A program made the translations under genes and the position numbers. Shown in pieces: positions 56,466 to 64,000 of a stretch of 64,000 bases of DNA. Positions within the stretch are counted from its first letter, which is position 1. Each line of letters begins with the position of its first letter. The notes beneath the pieces were generated by a model. That model saw only the letters and a program-made list of their open reading frames with translations, made no database searches and was not told where the DNA came from. Location of the stretch: NCBI GenBank assembly GCA_964016885.1, contig OZ024747.1, positions 39,928,001-39,992,000 on the forward strand, given 5' to 3'. Source of the stretch: Eledone cirrhosa. Its lineage: Eukaryota.

Positions 56466-56990
56466 ATAAACTTGTTATAATGTCATAATAGTTCCTTTGT
56501 TCTTTTTCACTAATATTTCAGCTCTGCTTATACGCATAGAGCTTAACTAGCTACCGTCACATATTTGGTAGGTCAGACGTGATCATCGCGATTCACATAC
56601 GACCTACCATACATCTTGCTTATATATATATATAATCTGAGAGAAAATCGCTTTAGAATATTCTACTGTTGTTATCTTTTTTACTATTTTATATATATAT
56701 ATGTGTGTGTGTGTATACGTATTGTATATTTGATAATATTCTATATGTTTATTTAAAACATTTTGAAGACCATTCGCTATGGTTGTTAAAGTAGTGACGT
56801 AGTCACTTATTTGGTCTCTGAAAAAGCAAAAGGAAGCAATAGACGGCCGTTTCTCACGCCTTAGCGGTTGTCATGATTACATATCCCTTCACTTCTGCCG
56901 AGAAATATAGAAGCTGGATTCTTATAGAATTTCAGTTTTGTTTAATAACGGATTAAACAGAGTGGTTGCCGGTCCAGCAAAAATTATATA

Positions 56991-57022
<32 letters not shown>

Positions 57023-57037
57023 AGTAATAATAATAAA

Positions 57038-57111
<74 letters not shown>

Positions 57112-58090
57112 TCATTAGACCGTAGATCGCAACTTGATTCAGAACTTCGATCGTATAAACTCTAGTAATTTGTTATTATTAAATTGTGGCAGTAATACAT
57201 CGGGATAATTGCTGGCCTTGTGCCAAAAGTAGAAACAATTATTAAATTGTAGCACTTATTCTATCGATATATTCATTGTCGATCGCTAAACTGTAGGACA
57301 TAAATACAGACACAATCATTAACGCTGAAGGAGTGTACCAACAAAGAACATGGCATCTTCATGTTTCCATGCCCGAATGTACGGATATGTATATATGTAT
57401 AATCTTCTCACGATATCGAGTTATACTCTTGTTAAATTTATGTTAATTATTTTCATATACACTGTTATATTAGTTAGCAAACACACACCATTTAACAACA
57501 CAAAGAGGCAAAAGAAACATTATTCCTCTCATCATTTCATAGTAAATCCTGAAAGAGTTCCTTCATATGATGGAAAGATCACTAGAAATTGTCTTCGACT
57601 CCATATTGTTTCCACACAGCAAGCACGTACATAATTGCTTACATAGGCAGGCTTCACACATGTTTCTTTGGGTGTGAATTTGTAATATGTACCCAAGGAA
57701 TGTGTTTGTAGGTGAACTTGTAACTGCCGTATGTAACCTCCGTTGAACACGAAATTTAAATATATTAGTCGGTTGATGCCATAATGCAATTTTCATTAAG
57801 TAGTTAAATTCTAGAATTTACAGAAAATTTAATTTAAGAAATTGCATGAATATATACTTTGAAATATTGAGTGTGCAGTTGCATATTTTTACGCTCTAAG
57901 GTGCATATTGTTTGTGACTAATCACACGTAGACAAGATTATTGGTATTGCAAATGGCGAGCAGGCATAGCTTGACTGAAAAAGACACAAGTATGTACATA
58001 TACATATACACCCAACATTACTCACACAACCAGACACACACATACACACACACATAGATATATGTATATATATATATACATATATATGTA

Positions 58091-58356
<266 letters not shown>

Positions 58357-58357
58357 A

Positions 58358-58426
<69 letters not shown>

Positions 58427-58517
58427 TATACGTATATACATTTATATACTAGTGTAAACTGCTCAACATAAAGATAACGTATTTGATATGAATATATAGT
58501 GATTATTTAGTGCTTGT

Positions 58518-58571
<54 letters not shown>

Positions 58572-59702
58572 AGGCATATGTGTATGAGAATATATTTGTA
58601 TATATGAGCCTTGTAGTTACTTTACATCTGTATCCATGTACACATATATGTATATATATTATTTTAGTAGTGCGACCAACTTTATTATCAGCCATATCGC
58701 CTGCGGCCCACTGCATGAAAATATTGGCCAGAAACTAAGTACCAGTTCGTTTGATAGTCTAGTTACGTAGCTCGAAATCGAAGTTGCACCATGGTCTCAT
58801 GTTGACAGAAATAGAGGTGTCGCTGTATGTATCACAAAAGGAAATTTGTCACAGATGGAATTTTCAATCTATTGATTCCTTTTAACAAATAGTGAAACAG
58901 AAGTAATGAGGTAGAAATAGAACTTCGTTGAATCTCATTCTTTAATATTCACGATCTTAAATAGTCATTTGGAAAGATGTCCTGACTTATTCAATTACTT
59001 TCGTTTGTAGATGTTCTTGATGCTTTTGCTTCTGTTATAGAGCAGTTGTGGTATCTAAATCTGTTGTTTTAGAATAATAGGATGTGTGGGCATCTGCCAA
59101 CAAATGCGCATAGTATCAGTGTGGTTATACTTATTTAAAAGTCTATTCAACTAAAATATCTTAATCTTCTTTTAAGTGGATATCTTAATGTCTGAATAAG
59201 GAAACAGAAATACCGGTTTTAAAAGGAGACACTAAATTCCGAACATTATTGACAGTGTCCAAACATCTGTGAACAGGCCAGCTCCATATGCAGTTCTTAT
59301 CCTGTTTTAACCAAAAGGATTGCTTCCGGTTTTCGCTATATCATCGCAATGAAGATTGTTTCTACTTTCGGCATTTCAACGTGGCTGGAACACTAAATAA
59401 TTATATATATAGCAAGACATTAGTGATGATGGTGAAACAAAACCTAAGAACGAAAGCATAGGTAGAAATGAATGCAATTATATATCTCTATTTCGAAAAA
59501 TTCATTTGCTTTGTAATGACTGCCGGTATACAGTTACATAACAAAATGTTTTCTCCATTAGAGACAGAAAAAATAAGGGTCAATATAGTTTACTTTAGAT
59601 ATCAATTTCTTTAAACAAATTTACATTTAGAGTACTTTAATGTCAAGGATAGAGGGCGCAAACTATTTTCAAGACATTCATCGTTCAAGAGTCGAATATA
59701 TG

Positions 59703-59952
<250 letters not shown>

Positions 59953-60291
59953 AAATATATACAAAATAAATTTAATTAAATTAAATTAAGGGAGTCATGT
60001 GCGAGACATGCGCCATATCCACCGTAGAATATGCTCAAAGATTCCAATGAATAGATCCGACCATAGATCGACAGCTATAAATAGCAGCCGAGTCCTATAT
60101 ATAAAGGGCTCCTTAATTGTAGAGCTAAATCAGTTGAAAGGACTCGGCTGTTATTTATAGCGGTCGATCACCCTATTCACGCCAATGGGAGGACGCTAGC
60201 ATGTTGTTGGTAGTTTTAGAATTGTAACGCGTGCGACGGGTCACTCGCAGATTTGCATTTGATGTGTAAACACAGATAGTTATTTGTTCCC

Positions 60292-60374
60292 CCTTGCTGA
60301 AGATCCAAGATTTGACTACTGTGACTTTACGGATTATTGGTGAAATATATTTCTTTAAGGAAATATATACAAGG
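60292..60374 (+). ncRNA. Type-I hammerhead ribozyme with long stems II and III
   Basis: CCTTG-CTGAAGA-tCCAA...TTGGt-GAAA-TATATTTC tttaag GAAATATA-TA-CAAGG. Confidence 0.85.
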
Positions 60375-60550
60375 AGGATTAATCATGTTTTAAAAGGTAA
60401 TATTTGAAGCTCTAGTTAAACTTGAATTAGTTACCTACCTAGTTTTTTTATGATTACACACTTTACAAATTATCCCCTGTGATTGTTTCATGTGTTTATT
60501 TCAAATATATGTATATATGTCAATCAATTTCTAGTTGATATATATATATA

Positions 60551-60647
<97 letters not shown>

Positions 60648-60730
60648 ATATATATATATATATGTGTGTATATATATATATGTGTGTGTATATATATATA
60701 TATATGTGTATATATTTATATATATATATA

Positions 60731-60783
<53 letters not shown>

Positions 60784-60882
60784 ATATATATATATATATA
60801 TACATATATATGTGTATATATATATATATTTGTGTGTATATATATATGTATATGTGAATATATATATATATATGTGTGTGTG

Positions 60883-60913
<31 letters not shown>

Positions 60914-60914
60914 T

Positions 60915-61761
60915 ATGAATAAAGTTAGTCCTTCATCAGTAATCTTCCAACCATCATTGGTATTTCATCGCTTTAAAGACCATATACCTCCGGTTGGTGC
61001 GAGCAACGGCTAAAAAAGGCGTTGGGACACGTAAATAAAGGGGACACGGGTGTAAACAAACAAAGATGGTGAAGCAACGAAAAGTGAGGAAGAAGGAGTC
61101 AAGTCCCAAATTTCTATGAATTTAAATTCGGTGAAATCGTGAACGAGAGAGAATAAAGACCATCAAACCTGGTTGGAATGTGAGCAAGGAAGGAATTCCG
61201 TACAGGTCTAACGGGAGGAAGAAGGGGTCTAGTCTGTGAATTCGGTGAACGTAAGTTCTGTGAAATCGTAGACGAGAGAGAGAAAAAAAGCGACCTGCCA
61301 GACCAAGGGTGCGAAAGAAAAGAATTACGCACAGGTCAAACGGGAAGGAGGAGGAGGAGGAAAGGTAGTAACAGAGAATGAGTGAGTGAAGGGTGAGGAA
61401 GAGGCTAACAGAGAGAGTGACTGCTAGAGAGGGTAAAGATACAGAGAAAGAGGAAGCAGTAAGAACGAAATAGACGGGTAATAGCGGGGAAAAAAATATG
61501 TGTAAATATGAGAATAAACGTGCTGCGGGGTTGCTAATGGGTTACATATGAATAAAGTTAGTCCTTCATCAGTGATCTTCCAACCATCATTGGTATTTCA
61601 TCGCTTTAAAGACCATATACCTCCGGTTGGTGCGAGCAACGGCTAAAAAAAGTCGTTGGGACACGTAAATAAAGGGAACACGAGTGTAAACAAACAAAGA
61701 TGGTGAAGCAACGAAAAGTGAGGAAGAAGGAGTCAAGTCCCAAATTTCTATGAATTTAAAT
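60915..61761 (-). repeat. ~213-bp direct repeats (60915-61128 and 61548-61761) flanking ~420 bp; pseudo-LTR-like arrangement
   Basis: Near-identical copies starting ATGAATAAAGTTAGTCCTTCATCAG; bounded by (TA)n and (GA)n; RC contains CTGATGAAGGAC without a complete ribozyme. Confidence 0.8.
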
Positions 61762-63045
61762 TAGAGAGAGAGAGAGAGAGAGAGGGCGGGGGGGAGAGAG
61801 AGAGTTTTCTCGAAGAACGAGTTGAAGCGCGAGTGTATTAGGATTCGTAGTATAATGAGAGAAACCCAACGCAAAAAAGCTGTTAAAGCAAAATGACGTC
61901 AATGACGGCGTCGAGCAAAATTTACCCCAAAGGACAGAAATAAGTGGCTAGAAGTATGTTGGCCGGCACAGGTAATAGGAAGAAAGCGAACCAGATTCTT
62001 CGGGACTTAAAGGAACAGTCAGAAGAATGATTATCTTATTAGGCAGCGGTAATGATCTGCGTACACACGTAGACAGCCATCATATATACAAGCAACTGTT
62101 TCAGCACCCGGAGGAAAACTAACGAACACTTTACTCCCAGGGATGGTGATGGATATGTGCTGAAAGGTTCTCATTCTTACGGTGAACATCTGTTTCTCGA
62201 TGAAGATGAATAAGATGGAGAGTTCGGAGGGTCCGTTGTTTCCACCAACAGCTTTAACAAGAAACCTTTCAGAGAGGAGGCAGTAATGTGTCAACTTGCT
62301 ATCTGCAAATTTTCTGACGACTGAAATTGCGGCTGTTGCCATTTTCACCAGCTTGACGCCAGAAAAAGAATCACTAAAGTTCGCATTCCAGATTAGAGAA
62401 TTACGGTTCATGAGTTCTTTTACTATCACGTCGGTCTAAAACTGCCCATCGAAATACCGTTGAAAACAAATGGACGAAGCATGGACACTGCTCGTTTTTA
62501 GAGGGAGAGAGAAAGCGATAGGGGAAAGAGATTTCCAGTGCACGTGATTATGTGTGCGGATCGTGGAAAAGAGTATGTATGTAGGACACAGATTGAAAGA
62601 CAGGGAGAGAGGGGGGAAACAGGGAGAGAGGGAGAGAAAAAGACAATGAAAAAGAGAGAGTGAGACGGAGAAAATCAGAGAGAGGATGAGGAGGTTCAAA
62701 TGAAAGTAAAAGAGAGCGTGAGAGAAAGACAGTAATAGAGAGAATGATAGAGAATTAGTGTGTGTACATGTTACGGAAGGAGATGTTGACAGAAAGTGAT
62801 GTGGATTGAACTTGTTATTCTTGTTTTATTGTTGTGAAAACATTTTCAACACCTGCCATAGAATTTCATTTTTAGACTCTTTCTTTCAGACCACTCCTTT
62901 ACATTTTCATCCTCTATATTCAATTTTACTTTATTTCGTTAGTGTTTTTCCTCATTGGTGAGCGAGAGTCTAAGTTTTTGTTGTTGTTTTTTTTTGTTTT
63001 TTTTTGTTTTAAAAAAGTGAAAGCCTGTTATTTAGATATTCTCAG

Positions 63046-63137
63046 AATGAAATTGGTGAGACTCATTATGAAGATTTCAGATCCGTTTATAATGTTGAAA
63101 GGAATGGAACAGTAACAAGATCTGATTTTACATGGAC
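63046..63137 (+). CDS. Weak candidate exon (NEIGETHYEDFRSVYNVERNGTVTRSDFTW)
   Basis: TTTAGATATTCTCAG acceptor and an open phase-0 frame; donor weak. Confidence 0.2.
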
Positions 63138-63229
63138 GTACATGTGCTTACAAACACACACGCACACACGGACTCACATACTCATACATGCAAACACACA
63201 CACACACATATACATATATATATATATAT

Positions 63230-63418
63230 AATATAGAATAGCTTCTACAGGGCTAGAACTGTTTCATTCGTGAGAAATCACCAGGAGCTTCCTGATGATT
63301 TCTCACGAATGAAACAGTTCTAGTCCTGTAGAAGCTTTTCTATATTAAACATTTATGCTCTACTATGTATTGAGTACCTTACTCACTGTGGATACCCCGA
63401 TTGAACCCGGAATAACTT
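63230..63418 (+). mobile_element. (TA)n-flanked fold-back element with hammerhead
   Basis: Arms 63230-63286 / 63290-63346; body homologous to 24650-24780. Confidence 0.85.
63286..63336 (+). ncRNA. Type-I hammerhead ribozyme
   Basis: AGCTTC-CTGATGA-tTTCtcacGAAt-GAAA-CAGttctagtcCTG-TA-GAAGCT. Confidence 0.8.
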
Positions 63419-63499
63419 ATATATATATATATATATATATATCACCTTGATCACCTTGACCGACCAGCACGTCGTGCTGTTTTAGCCATAAGATAACGC

Positions 63500-63666
63500 C
63501 ATTCCACTGGCTGGGCGGGCAGGCCGGTACTACAGCTGAGTAAACTGGAGCAACGTGAAATAAAGTGTCTTGCTCAAGGAAACAACACATCACCCGGTCC
63601 GAGAATTGAACTCACAATCTTTCGATTGCAAGCCCAATGCTCTAACCCTAATCCATGCGTCTTCAC
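63500..63666 (-). mobile_element. CORE-type tRNA-derived SINE
   Basis: RC: GTGAAGACGCATGGATTAGGGTTAGAGC...GAGTTCAATTCTC...TTTCCTTGAGCAAGACACTTTATTTCAC (MIR/CORE-like block). Confidence 0.75.
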
Positions 63667-63802
63667 AATATATATATATCAATTCAGAATATTAATAAAT
63701 ATAGACATTCATGTAATCAAATGTATTTTATTATATATATTTCGGAGGTACTGTGTTGTTTCCTCAGTACGTCCTCATCAATGAACCTTGTTTAACTTTT
63801 GG

Positions 63803-63838
<36 letters not shown>

Positions 63839-63843
63839 GTATA

Positions 63844-63902
<59 letters not shown>

Positions 63903-64000
63903 ACTATTTATAGGTATGTATATAGTATAAACAACTATAAACAGGAAGGTCATTCATTTCTTAATTACCTTATTGCCAGTAAGAGAAATAGCTCAATGTA

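Noticed and set aside
56836-56881. Hammerhead-like RC motif ATGACAA..GAAA-cggccg-TC
   Set aside because: Two core mismatches and weak stems; not counted
63729-63786. Hammerhead-like RC motif TTGATGA-gga..tcc-GAAA-tatata-TA
   Set aside because: Good stem II but stem I does not pair; probably a decayed or truncated member, so not listed as a feature

Overview
AT-rich, microsatellite-dense animal (eukaryotic) DNA. The repeat inventory (Meta-domain and CORE-type tRNA SINEs, Helitrons, Penelope-like elements, R4 and RTE LINE relics) suggests a mollusc, probably a cephalopod; this is inference. No intact multi-domain gene is visible, and most ORF-track entries are microsatellite translations. Recognisable content: three decayed Helitrons plus a complete mini-Helitron, two Penelope-like (GIY-YIG) fragments, an R4/Dong-type LINE in a (CATA)n array, an RTE RT fragment, Tc1/mariner and hAT MITEs, about 12 SINE copies, a 2.3 kb (nGT)n triplet array and several candidate + strand micro-exons. 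The main signal is about a dozen type-I hammerhead ribozyme motifs from many families, several with compensatory stem changes. They sit in short non-coding modules inserted in (TA)n tracts, often as asymmetric fold-back hairpins, and one lies in the 3' tail of the Penelope-like ORF. This points to a (TA)n-targeting, ribozyme-bearing retroelement system. Coordinates were read by eye, and repeat boundaries may be off by a few nt.
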